From Cytophagaceae bacterium (lineage in GTDB: Bacteria; Bacteroidota; Bacteroidia; Cytophagales; Flexibacteraceae): DNA of 64,000 nt. The stretch is taken from assembly GCA_947458545.1 (NCBI GenBank), contig CANGYH010000003.1, forward strand, positions 101,809 to 165,808. Direction: 5' to 3'. Positions 47,157 to 55,988 of the stretch are shown here, piece by piece. A program made the position numbers and the translations under genes. The notes under the pieces are model-generated. The model saw nothing but the letters and a program-made list of their open reading frames with translations, had not been told where the DNA came from and did no database searches. How positions within the stretch are numbered: position 1 is the stretch's first letter; each line of letters starts with the position of its first letter.

Positions 47157-48776
47157 CTACTCGGTCTCTTCCAGGTCTAGTTGTACGCGGGCTTCTTCAA
47201 GGTCCAGCTCATAGTCTAGCTGGCGGATGGCCTCTTCGTCTAACACGCCGCTGCGGCGCAGCGCCAGGATGCGCTCGCGCTCGTGGGCCAAGAGCTGTAG
47301 CTGCACGTGCAGAAAGGCCCGCGTCTGGGCATCGTCTAGCTTAGGCACGGATGCCTGCCCAAGGCGCTTGTTGAGCTGCCCGATGCGGATCTCGTACTTG
47401 CTCTTTATCAGGGCCAGCACCTCGTCTGGCAGGGTGTTGTAAGAAAGGTTCTCTTCGATGTACTCTACCGCCGAGCTGGCTACCGAGAGGCGGGCCCGGT
47501 GTACCTCCTGATCGTCGTGTGCGTTGCCTATGCCCAGCCAGCGGATCAGAAAGGGTAGCGTAAGCCCCTGCAGCACCAGCGTGGCAAAGATGACGCAAAA
47601 GGTGATGAAGAAAATCAGGTCTCTGAACGGGAACGGCTGCCCATTGGCCAGCGTAGCAGGCACGGCCAGCGCCGCCGCCAGAGACACCACCCCTCGCATA
47701 CCTGCCCAGGCCGTCAGCGAGACGAGCCGCCAGTCGGGCCTGCCCTCTTTGGCGCGGATGCGGCGCGAGAGAAAGCCCGGCAGATAAGCGGCCGGAAAAA
47801 CCCACAGAATCCGCCCCACAATCACCGTGGCAGAGATGACGGCCCCGTAGATGTGCGCATCCTTCAGTTGCCCGTCTTGCAGAGAGGCCGCCGCCACCGG
47901 CAGATGCAGGCCTATGAAAACAAACACGATGCCATTGAGCAGATAGGTAACCACATCCCAAACGGCATTGGCCGTTATCCGCACAGAGTGGTTAAAAATC
48001 TGCCCTGAATACCGCGACAAAAACAACCCCGTAGCCACCACTGACAGCACCCCAGAGGCATGCAGCTCTTCGGCCAGCAGGTAGCTTACAAACGGCGTAA
48101 GCAGCGTCAGGCTGGTGTCTAGCCGGGGGCGCTGCGGCGTTGTCAGGTGTATCCACCGCACCACGTAGCCAAGGGCCAGCCCTATGGCAATGCCACCGCC
48201 TGCAACCCACAAAAAGGCCCCGCTGGCTTTCCACAAAGAGAAGGCGCCCGTCAGCACGGCCGCCAGCGCATAGCGGAAGGCCGTCAGGCCGGTGGCATCG
48301 TTCACCAGGCTCTCGCCTTCCAAAATGGCAATCACCCGGCGCGGAATCCCCAGGCCCTTGGTGCCCGCCGTGGCGGCCACGGCATCTGGTGGAGACAGGA
48401 TGGCCCCCAGCAAAAAGCCCTCTGCCCAGCCAAACCCGGGGATGAGCGCCTGCGCCACCCAGGCCACAGCCGTGGTAGTAAACAGCACGCAACCAATGGC
48501 CAGCAGCGTGATGGGCCGCGCGCTGGCCCTGAAATCGGGCCAGTTCGTCGTCCAGGCGGCGGCATACAGCAGCGGGGGCAAGAAAATCAGAAAGACAACG
48601 TCAGGCGGCAGCTCCAGCTCTTTGAGCCCCGGCACCCAACTGATTACCATGCCCACCAGCACCAGCAAAATGGGGTAAGAGATGCGGAATTTGCTGGCGT
48701 ACTCGGCCAGAATGGTGGCTATCACCAGCAGTATCAGAATGAGCGGCAGGGCGTGCATCGTGCTGCAAATTATCAA
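47157..48776 (-). CDS. Na+/H+ antiporter (CPA1, NhaP-type) with a C-terminal cytoplasmic domain
   Basis: Multi-TM protein with the conserved EGESLVNDATG motif of CPA1 exchangers. 539 aa. Confidence 0.8.
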   Translation of the reverse strand: MIICSTMHALPLILILLVIATILAEYASKFRISYPILLVLVGMVISWVPGLKELELPPDVVFLIFLPPLLYAAAWTTNWPDFRASARPITLLAIGCVLFTTTAVAWVAQALIPGFGWAEGFLLGAILSPPDAVAATAGTKGLGIPRRVIAILEGESLVNDATGLTAFRYALAAVLTGAFSLWKASGAFLWVAGGGIAIGLALGYVVRWIHLTTPQRPRLDTSLTLLTPFVSYLLAEELHASGVLSVVATGLFLSRYSGQIFNHSVRITANAVWDVVTYLLNGIVFVFIGLHLPVAAASLQDGQLKDAHIYGAVISATVIVGRILWVFPAAYLPGFLSRRIRAKEGRPDWRLVSLTAWAGMRGVVSLAAALAVPATLANGQPFPFRDLIFFITFCVIFATLVLQGLTLPFLIRWLGIGNAHDDQEVHRARLSVASSAVEYIEENLSYNTLPDEVLALIKSKYEIRIGQLNKRLGQASVPKLDDAQTRAFLHVQLQLLAHERERILALRRSGVLDEEAIRQLDYELDLEEARVQLDLEETE

Positions 48777-49037
48777 AAACCGGGCCCGAAATAGAGCAGG
48801 CCAAACCAGCTACCCACCCCATCGGACTGGCCCATAGTGCGGGGCAAGGTTACATTTTGTAGCAGCGGAACTTGTTTTTAACCGTTGGCGTATATATTGC
48901 AGCAATTGAGGCCCGCACGCTTGCCCATGCACGCGCCCGCTTCACATAGCCCGGAGGGCTGGCCTAGCCAGAGCCGCTCCCCGCTTGCCGAAAATGCCAT
49001 GCGCGATTCGGCCCCCTCTCTAACCCCCTCAACTTTT

Positions 49038-49673
49038 ATGGATGCTCAAAAGGTGCGAGCCCTCATCCGGCAAGGAGAAGGCCCTCAAGTGGAGTTTAAG
49101 CGGACCATCACCCATTTGCCCAAAATTGCCAAGACCCTTACCGCCCTGGCCAACAGCCGGGGCGGCGTCGTGTTGGTTGGGGTAGAAGACAATCGGCAGG
49201 TGGTGGGCACACAGCCAGACGAAGAATCTTTCATGGTTATGCAGGCCGCCAGAGACTGGTGCCAGCCCGCCATAGACCTGCACCTGCAAGAGTGCGAGCA
49301 CGAAGGCCACACCATGCTGCTGGTGTGTGTGCCCGAAAGCCACCAAAAACCCCACCAATGCCGCGACAAGCAAGGCGCATGGCATACCTACATCCGCACC
49401 GGAGACCAATGCCTGCTGGCCGACCCCCTGACCGAGCGGCTGCTACGCCAACAAACAGAGCAATACGCCGAGCGCCAGGCCAGAAACTTTACCAAAAACG
49501 AGCGCGCCGCCTTCGACCTGCTAAAGCGCCTCAAGCGCATCACCCCCAAAGACCTGGCCAAGGCCCGCAACCTTAGCCGCCAACGTGCCGAAAAACTCCT
49601 CAAAGACCTGCTGCTGGAGGGACACCTCTTCCTCCACAGCGAGGGAGGAAATGCCTGGTACAGAGCAGCGTAA
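49038..49673 (+). CDS. AlbA_2 (Schlafen-type divergent AAA/DNA-binding) domain protein with a C-terminal wHTH-like region
   Basis: RALIRQGEGPQVEFKR...IAKTLTALANSRGGVVLVGVEDNRQVVG is the AlbA_2 pattern. The start is uncertain, with upstream in-frame ATGs at 48927 and 48999 and TTG at 48885. Confidence 0.6.
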   Translation: MDAQKVRALIRQGEGPQVEFKRTITHLPKIAKTLTALANSRGGVVLVGVEDNRQVVGTQPDEESFMVMQAARDWCQPAIDLHLQECEHEGHTMLLVCVPESHQKPHQCRDKQGAWHTYIRTGDQCLLADPLTERLLRQQTEQYAERQARNFTKNERAAFDLLKRLKRITPKDLAKARNLSRQRAEKLLKDLLLEGHLFLHSEGGNAWYRAA

Positions 49674-49677
49674 GCGT

Positions 49678-49742
49678 GAATTAAAAATTAAGAATTAAAA
49701 ATTAAAAATTTACTCCTGCACGTTATTCTTAATTCTTAATTC
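49678..49742. terminator. AT-rich inverted repeat between convergent genes (aattaaaaattaagaatt family)
   Basis: gaattaaaaattaagaattaaaaattaaaaattt ... attcttaattcttaattc. The arms are approximately complementary. A related AT-rich element lies at 28521..28556. Confidence 0.45.
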
Positions 49743-49743
49743 C

Positions 49744-51585
49744 CTAGCTTTCTTCCTGCATAACCGCCAACCGATAATACAGGCCCTCGGGTTGAGACAT
49801 CAGCTCGGCGTGGGTGCCCAATTGGCGTACGGTGCCACGGTCTAGCACGGCGATGCTGTCTGCGTCGCGTATGGTAGATAGGCGGTGGGCGATGATGAGG
49901 CTGGTACGGCCTTTCAGTAGCTCGGCCAGGGCAGCCTGTACCAGGCGCTCGCTTTCGGTGTCTAGGGCAGAGGTGGCTTCGTCTAGCACCAGAATCTCGG
50001 GGTCTAGCAGCACGGCGCGGGCAATGGCCAGCCGCTGGCGCTGCCCACCAGAGAGGCGCGTACCCCTATCGCCGATGGGCGTGTCGTACCCCTGGGGCAT
50101 CTCTGAGATGAAGGTGTGGGCCGATGCGATGCGGGCCGCCCGCTCCACCTCGGCAGCGGTGGCGCCCGGCTTACAAAAGGCAATGTTGTTGAAAACGGTG
50201 TCGTTAAACAGCACCGTCTCTTGGCTTACGAGGCCTATGCGGGCGCGCACAGACTCCATGTTGTAGTGGCGCAGGTCTATGCTATCTACCAGGATACTGC
50301 CCTCGCTGGGGTCGTAAAAGCGCAGCAGCAGGTCGGCCAACGTGCTCTTCCCGCTGCCGCTGGGGCCTACCAAGGCCAGGCTCTGGCCCTTGCGCAGCGT
50401 CAGGTTGATACCGTTTAACACAGGCCGCTCAGGCTCGTAGGCAAACGTCAGGTCGCGGAACTCGATGTCGGCCTGCAGGCCATCAAACTTGCGCCCATCG
50501 GGTGGAGAGGTTACCTGGGGGCGGGCATCCAGCACCTGAAAAATGCGCTCGCCTGAGGCGATACCCCGCTGCGCCTGGCTGAAAGACTGGCTGATCTGCT
50601 TGGCAGGCCGCAGCACCTGGCTAAACAGGGCCAGGTAGGCAATAAATCCGCTGGCCTTTAAGCTAGGGTTGGGCCCCAGCACCAGAGAGCCTCCGTAAAT
50701 GAGAATCACACAGATGACAAGCACCCCAGAGAATTCTGAGAAGGGCGGAGCCGCCTCGCGCTTGCGGGCCATTTTGACGGCAAGGTCCGCATAGCGCTGG
50801 CTCTCTTGCAGAAACCGGGCCTTTTGATAGGGAGCAGCATTAAATGCCTTGATGACACGCACCCCACCCAGGGCCTCTTCTACCAGGCTCACCATCATGC
50901 CCAGGCTCTCTTGGGCGGCGCGGGCCGTGCGGCGGAGCTGCTTGCTTATGATGCCAATTATAGCCCCAGACAGTGGTAGCAGAATCAGCGTAAACAGCGT
51001 TAGCTCTGGTGAGATAAGGATCAGCGTGTAGAAGTATGCAATCAGCGTCGGAGGCTCCTTGAGCAAAGCCGTTACCGTCTCGGTGATAGAGACTTCTACT
51101 TCGGTAACGTCTGCCGTGATGCGCGAGAGGATGTCGCCTTTACGCTCGTTGCTGAAGTAGCCCAGGTGCAGGCTCAGTACGTGGTTGTAGACCGATGTCC
51201 GCAGGTTGCGTACCATCCGGGCGCGGGTGGCCTCGCTGATTATGATGGACAGGTACCGGAAGATATTGCTCAGAAGAACTGATACGACGAGGGCACCGCA
51301 AACAAAGTAGAGTGCCCCCATTTTGCCATGGGCGGCTATCTGCTGGTAGAGGTAGTAGTTGAAAGTGCCTGTAACGTACTCGGCCGAAAAGCTGGGCGCG
51401 GGCGGTGTGGCCGGAGCCACCAGCATCGGGTTGCCTGAGTTGAAGAGCACATCCAGCACGGGGATGAGCATAGCGAAGTTGAACAGCCCGAAGAGCACAT
51501 GCAGCAGGCTGAAAACCAGGTATGGCCCTATAAAAGACCGTATGGGCCGCGCATAGCCCAAAAGGCGCAGGTAGGTCTTGAGCAT
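49744..51585 (-). CDS. ABC transporter permease/ATPase fusion (MsbA-like lipid exporter family)
   Basis: Six-TM N-terminal domain, Walker A GPSGSGKST, signature LSGGQRQRLAIARA and Walker B ILVLDEATSALD. Confidence 0.85.
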   Translation of the reverse strand: MLKTYLRLLGYARPIRSFIGPYLVFSLLHVLFGLFNFAMLIPVLDVLFNSGNPMLVAPATPPAPSFSAEYVTGTFNYYLYQQIAAHGKMGALYFVCGALVVSVLLSNIFRYLSIIISEATRARMVRNLRTSVYNHVLSLHLGYFSNERKGDILSRITADVTEVEVSITETVTALLKEPPTLIAYFYTLILISPELTLFTLILLPLSGAIIGIISKQLRRTARAAQESLGMMVSLVEEALGGVRVIKAFNAAPYQKARFLQESQRYADLAVKMARKREAAPPFSEFSGVLVICVILIYGGSLVLGPNPSLKASGFIAYLALFSQVLRPAKQISQSFSQAQRGIASGERIFQVLDARPQVTSPPDGRKFDGLQADIEFRDLTFAYEPERPVLNGINLTLRKGQSLALVGPSGSGKSTLADLLLRFYDPSEGSILVDSIDLRHYNMESVRARIGLVSQETVLFNDTVFNNIAFCKPGATAAEVERAARIASAHTFISEMPQGYDTPIGDRGTRLSGGQRQRLAIARAVLLDPEILVLDEATSALDTESERLVQAALAELLKGRTSLIIAHRLSTIRDADSIAVLDRGTVRQLGTHAELMSQPEGLYYRLAVMQEES

Positions 51586-51594
51586 GCAGGCAGC

Positions 51595-52944
51595 TTACTT
51601 GCGCACCTCCGTCTCAGGCTCGGAGCGGCGGAAGCTCTTGAAGGCATCGTTGAAAAGGGCAAACACCATCAGGCTCAACAGCAATGCCATGCCGACCTTT
51701 TGGGCACCCTCCAAAAACTTATCAGACGGCTTGCGGCGCGTAACCATCTCCCAGAGCAAGAACATGACATGGCCACCATCTAGCGCCGGGATAGGCAAAA
51801 AGTTCATAAAGGCCAGCACCATAGAGAGCAGCCCCGTGATGCCCCAGAAGTTCTGCCAGTTCCAGATGCCGCCATAGAGGTCGCGCGCCATGGCAATAGG
51901 CCCCGAAACGGCGTTGGAGGCCGACACCTCGCGGCGGAAGATCTTGCCGAAGCCTTTGATGTTGAGCCAAACCACGTTGAAGGCCATATCCGTACCCCTC
52001 GGCACAGAGGCCAGCAGGCTGTAGTGCAGTGTATCTTCTTTCAGCAAAGACTTGGGCCTGAAACCCAGCAGCCCTGCCTCCGAGATCTGCGCCACCACCG
52101 TCTGCTTGCGGCCCTGGCGCACCAGGTCTATCTGCACCTTGCGGCCGGCGTTGTCTTGCAACGCGGCCTGCAGCTCGTGGAAGAAAGCAATGGTCTTGCC
52201 GTCTATAGCCACAATGTTGTCTCCCTCTTTGATGCCTGCGCGGTCTGCCCCGTCGCCCGCCAACACCTTACCTACCGAGAAGGGCATAATCGGCTCAATA
52301 AACCCGTCTCTGGCCCCTGTGCGAGAGCTTAGGGCATCTACCAGGTCGTTGGGCACGGGCACGTTGATGATGTTGCCGTCGCGCTCGACGGTGTACTGGC
52401 TACCAGAGCCCAGCAGCAGATCTGCACTGTAGATGTCGCTAAACTTCTCCAGGCTTTTACCATTTACCTCCAGAATCTTATCACCCGTCTGCAAGCCAAT
52501 CTGCTGGGCCAGGTTACGGGCCACGATGCCATAGCGCGCCTCGCGGGCGGGCAGGTACGTCTCTCCGTATTGGAAGACGATGGCCGTGTAAATGACGATG
52601 CCCGTGATGACGTTGACGATGATACCGCCCATCATCACGATGAGGCGCTGCCAGGCGGGCTTGCTACGAAACTCCCACGGTTTGGGCGGGCCCGCCAGTT
52701 GAGACTTATCCAGCGACTCATCAACCATACCGCTGATCTTAACGAAGCCCCCCAGCGGAATGGCCCCAAGGGTGTACTCAGTCTCGCCGAATTTCTTACC
52801 AAACAGCTTGGGCGGAAAGCCAATCGAAAATTGCTCAACCCGCATACCGAAGGCCTTGGCCGCCAGCAAGTGCCCAAGCTCGTGCAGACCCACCAAAAGC
52901 GATAGGCCCAGGATGAGCTGGCCTATCATAACTAGAATTTCCAT
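51595..52944 (-). CDS. rseP: RIP metalloprotease RseP (site-2 protease, PDZ-containing)
   Basis: The HELGHLLAAKAFGMRVEQFSIGFPP zinc motif lies near the N-terminus when started at MEILVMIG (ATG 52944). There are PDZ regions and a C-terminal NFLPIPALDGGH motif. Confidence 0.9.
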   Translation of the reverse strand: MEILVMIGQLILGLSLLVGLHELGHLLAAKAFGMRVEQFSIGFPPKLFGKKFGETEYTLGAIPLGGFVKISGMVDESLDKSQLAGPPKPWEFRSKPAWQRLIVMMGGIIVNVITGIVIYTAIVFQYGETYLPAREARYGIVARNLAQQIGLQTGDKILEVNGKSLEKFSDIYSADLLLGSGSQYTVERDGNIINVPVPNDLVDALSSRTGARDGFIEPIMPFSVGKVLAGDGADRAGIKEGDNIVAIDGKTIAFFHELQAALQDNAGRKVQIDLVRQGRKQTVVAQISEAGLLGFRPKSLLKEDTLHYSLLASVPRGTDMAFNVVWLNIKGFGKIFRREVSASNAVSGPIAMARDLYGGIWNWQNFWGITGLLSMVLAFMNFLPIPALDGGHVMFLLWEMVTRRKPSDKFLEGAQKVGMALLLSLMVFALFNDAFKSFRRSEPETEVRK

Positions 52945-53034
52945 CTGTAATGAACACAAAGATAACCGGCAGCACAAGCGCCTCTTGCTGTAGCTTGGCC
53001 GCACACCTTACAGGGCAATCCTATCTTTGCCCTT

Positions 53035-53688
53035 ATGCAGTTCTTTATTGACACCGCCAACCTGGGCGACATCCGCGAGGCCCACGCCCTGGGCATCTTA
53101 GACGGCGTAACCACCAACCCCAGCCTGATGGCCAAAGAAGGCATCGCCGGTAAAGACCGTGTGCTGGCCCACTACAAAGCCATTGCAGACATCGTGCAGG
53201 GCCCCGTGTCGGCCGAGGTCATCGCTACAGACCTGGCCGGTATGCTTGCCGAAGCTGAAGAGCTCATCGAGGTGGACCCCAACATCGTCGTAAAAGTGCC
53301 CATGATCAAAGACGGTGTCAAGGCCATCAAGGCCCTCTCAGACCGGGGCATCAAAACGAACTGCACCCTCGTCTTCTCTGCCGGGCAGGCCATCCTGGCT
53401 GCCAAGGCCGGGGCCACCTACGTGTCGCCCTTCGTAGGCCGCCTAGACGACGTCTCTACCGACGGCCTGGCCCTGATAGAAGACATCGTCACCATCTACA
53501 CCAACTACGGCTACGATACCCAAGTGCTGGCCGCCAGCATTCGCCACCCGATGCACATCATCGAGTGCGCCCGCATGGGTGCCGACGTCATCACCAGCCC
53601 ACTCGGCCCCATACTCGCCCTGCTCAACCACCCCCTAACCGACAAAGGCCTGGCCCAGTTTTTGGCAGACCACAAACGGGTTAGTTAA
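53035..53688 (+). CDS. fsa: Fructose-6-phosphate aldolase / transaldolase type 3B
   Basis: MQFFIDTANLGDIREAHALGILDGVTTNPSL...VKVP...TNCTLVFS...GATYVSPFVGRLDD, 217 aa. Confidence 0.9.
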   Translation: MQFFIDTANLGDIREAHALGILDGVTTNPSLMAKEGIAGKDRVLAHYKAIADIVQGPVSAEVIATDLAGMLAEAEELIEVDPNIVVKVPMIKDGVKAIKALSDRGIKTNCTLVFSAGQAILAAKAGATYVSPFVGRLDDVSTDGLALIEDIVTIYTNYGYDTQVLAASIRHPMHIIECARMGADVITSPLGPILALLNHPLTDKGLAQFLADHKRVS

Positions 53689-53739
53689 AAGTTAAAAGTT
53701 AAAAGTTAAAAGTTAAAAGTTAAAAGTTAAAAGTTAAAT
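53684..53739 (+). repeat. Heptanucleotide tandem repeat (GTTAAAA) x7 plus one degenerate unit
   Basis: gttaaaa repeated from 53684, with the last unit gttaaat. The first unit overlaps the fsa stop codon (53686-53688). The array ends 77 nt before the scpA start. Confidence 0.95.
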
Positions 53740-53815
53740 CTCTACAAGCTCACTCCTCCCAAAATCTCTAATCTTTTATCTATTATCTTTTAACTCTTCA
53801 CTCTTAACTAAAGGA

Positions 53816-54574
53816 ATGTACGCCATCCGCCTCCCCGATTTTGAAGGGCCGTTCGACCTGCTCTTGTTCTTTATTGAGCGGGATGAGCTGGATATTCGGG
53901 ATATTCCGATTGCGCGGATAACGGACGACTTTCTGGCCTACATCCGCGAGCGGGAGAATATGAACCTGGAGGTTGCCTCCGAGTTCATCCTCTTTGCGGC
54001 AACGCTGATGCGCATTAAGGCCAAGATGCTGCTGCCCCGCCCCGTCGTCAACGACCAGGGCGAGGAAGTTGACCCCCGTGCCGACTTGGTGCGCCATCTG
54101 TTGGAGTACCGCCGGTTTAAAGAGGCCGCCGCCGCTCTATCCGAGCTGGAGGACGTGGCCCTGGCCCGCTTTGCCCGCGCCAACGTAGCCGCCGAAATTG
54201 CCGAGCTCTCTGCCGAGGCCGAAGACAAGGCCCCGCTGGTCAACCTGTCGCTCACGTCGCTGGCGCTCACCTTTCAGCGCGTACTGCTAGAGCAGATTGA
54301 GCGAGACCGTGGGCGGTTCCATGTGGTGGTGCAGGTGCCCTACACCATAGACGAGCAAAAGGCCCTGGTAGCGGCGCGCATCGCTACCCAGGGCCCCGTT
54401 GCTTTTGCAGACCTGCTCCGCGCCTGCACAGACCGCCTGCAGATGGTGTACACCTTCATGGCCGTGCTAGAGATGCTCAACGAGCGCAGCATAGCCCTGC
54501 TAGAGGCCGAGGTAGAGGGCGCCAACCAGTTTACGGTAGGGCCCGTTGCCCAACTGGCAGACCTAGCCGGCTAG
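53816..54574 (+). CDS. scpA: Segregation and condensation protein A
   Basis: LPDFEGPFDLLLFFIERDELDIRDIPIARITDDFLAYI is the canonical ScpA N-terminus. 252 aa. Confidence 0.9.
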   Translation: MYAIRLPDFEGPFDLLLFFIERDELDIRDIPIARITDDFLAYIRERENMNLEVASEFILFAATLMRIKAKMLLPRPVVNDQGEEVDPRADLVRHLLEYRRFKEAAAALSELEDVALARFARANVAAEIAELSAEAEDKAPLVNLSLTSLALTFQRVLLEQIERDRGRFHVVVQVPYTIDEQKALVAARIATQGPVAFADLLRACTDRLQMVYTFMAVLEMLNERSIALLEAEVEGANQFTVGPVAQLADLAG

Positions 54575-55908
54575 GCGGCAATGGCCTCGATGGTTTGTTG
54601 CTGCCGCTTGCGGCGCAAGGCCTCGGTTTGCAGTACATCCCACCAGCCGGGTTGGCGTAGGGTAGGGGCCACGTCTTGGCCGGCGGCCAGGTCGGCCAGT
54701 AGGGCAGATACTTCCGTAGGCTGGATACCCTCCGGCGTTAGGTCGAAGACACCACGCTCGTAGTGGCCCCGAGCCTGGGTCAGCAGGCTATCCCAATCAA
54801 AGCTGCCCAGCAGGGCCCATGCCGTACAGCCGCGGATATCTACCCCCTGGCGTCGTAGCGTCTGGCAGGTGGTCCACATCTGGAAGAGCCAGCGCATTTG
54901 CTCGTCGCGGGTGCAGCCCAGGTGGGCTTCGGTAACGGCTATGGGTATGTGGTATCGCTCCCAGGCCTGGCGCAACAGCACAGCTGGCCCCAGGCGGGGC
55001 ACCGGGCTGCGGCAGGTTTCCACGTCGGCATAGCGGTGTACGCCGTTGCCCCCGTGCGTCTGGGCGGGGTAGCGCTCCAGGTGGGCATCTAAATACCGCT
55101 CGCTGGTGATATAGTGGTTAATGCCCAGGATGGCCGGTTTGCACGGGCGCACTGCCAAGGCGGCCAGCTCTTGGGCGCTGGCGCCATAACGCCGCAAATA
55201 CTTGTAGAGCGCATGGCCCGGCCGCACGTGCCCGCAGAGCAGGTCGTAGCTGAGCCACCGCCGCTCGTTCTCGAAGCTGGCCTGGTAGGCCAGGCGCGGT
55301 GTGCTTTGGGTATAGCCCAAGTCGTCGGTTTGTACCAGGGCTGCAAAGGGGTTTACGCTGCGCACGGCAGACATAGCCGCCCGCACGGCCTGCACCTGCG
55401 TCAGCAGCGCCCGCACAAAAGAGCCGTCCGCCTTGTGGTGCGGATACCACAGGCCATACAACCCTGAAAAGCGGGCCGTCGTCAGCGGCTCGTTGACGGG
55501 GGTATAGTACCGAACCCAGGGGTAGCGTTTGGCCACCTGGTAGGCAAAGGCCGCCAGGCGGTCGGGCAGGGTAGGGTCTAGCAAATGCGTATCCAGCGGC
55601 CCGCTGCCATGGTGCAACAGCCCCACGATGGGCTCTATGCCCAAGGCTTGCAAGCGGGCCATGGCGGCATCGGCCCAGCCCCAGTCCGGGGGCTGGTTGG
55701 CATCGGGCCAGATGTGCTCCCAGAGCAAGGGCATCCGTAGCTTTTTTATGCCTATGGCTGCAAAAGCGTCCAGATCCTCCAGCCGGTTTCGGTGGCCGTT
55801 CTGCGTCAGTTGGTCCACATAGGCATCGCCTACACGCACACAGCTGCACTCAACACCTCCCCAGAGCTCCAGGCCCAGATTGGGCACGGTTTCAGACATT
55901 TCAGACAT
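54571..55908 (-). CDS. Glycoside hydrolase family 1-like TIM-barrel protein
   Basis: LELWGGVECSCVRVGDAYVDQLTQNGHRNRLEDLDAFAAIGIKKLRMPLLWE resembles the GH1-like proteins commonly found in sugar-nucleotide/polysaccharide clusters. An ITSERY...VTEAH segment could hold the catalytic Glu. Confidence 0.55.
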   Translation of the reverse strand: MSEMSETVPNLGLELWGGVECSCVRVGDAYVDQLTQNGHRNRLEDLDAFAAIGIKKLRMPLLWEHIWPDANQPPDWGWADAAMARLQALGIEPIVGLLHHGSGPLDTHLLDPTLPDRLAAFAYQVAKRYPWVRYYTPVNEPLTTARFSGLYGLWYPHHKADGSFVRALLTQVQAVRAAMSAVRSVNPFAALVQTDDLGYTQSTPRLAYQASFENERRWLSYDLLCGHVRPGHALYKYLRRYGASAQELAALAVRPCKPAILGINHYITSERYLDAHLERYPAQTHGGNGVHRYADVETCRSPVPRLGPAVLLRQAWERYHIPIAVTEAHLGCTRDEQMRWLFQMWTTCQTLRRQGVDIRGCTAWALLGSFDWDSLLTQARGHYERGVFDLTPEGIQPTEVSALLADLAAGQDVAPTLRQPGWWDVLQTEALRRKRQQQTIEAIAA

Positions 55909-55927
55909 AGACAGGTAGCTTATTCAA

Positions 55928-55954
55928 ATGCCAGGCACATCGTGTGCCTGGCAT
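55928..55954 (-). terminator. Hairpin downstream of glf
   Basis: atgccaggcaca-tcg-tgtgcctggcat (12-bp stem), between the glf stop (55989) and the next gene start (55908). Confidence 0.55.
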
Positions 55955-55988
55955 CAGAGGTGGGTGGCAATACGGCACGCGGGCTAGC

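Noticed and set aside
47341-48794. Multiple 100-215 aa ORFs in other frames across the Na+/H+ antiporter gene
   Set aside because: They are off-frame or antisense products of a high-GC membrane-protein gene. Only the 539-aa frame shows TM periodicity and the CPA1 motif.
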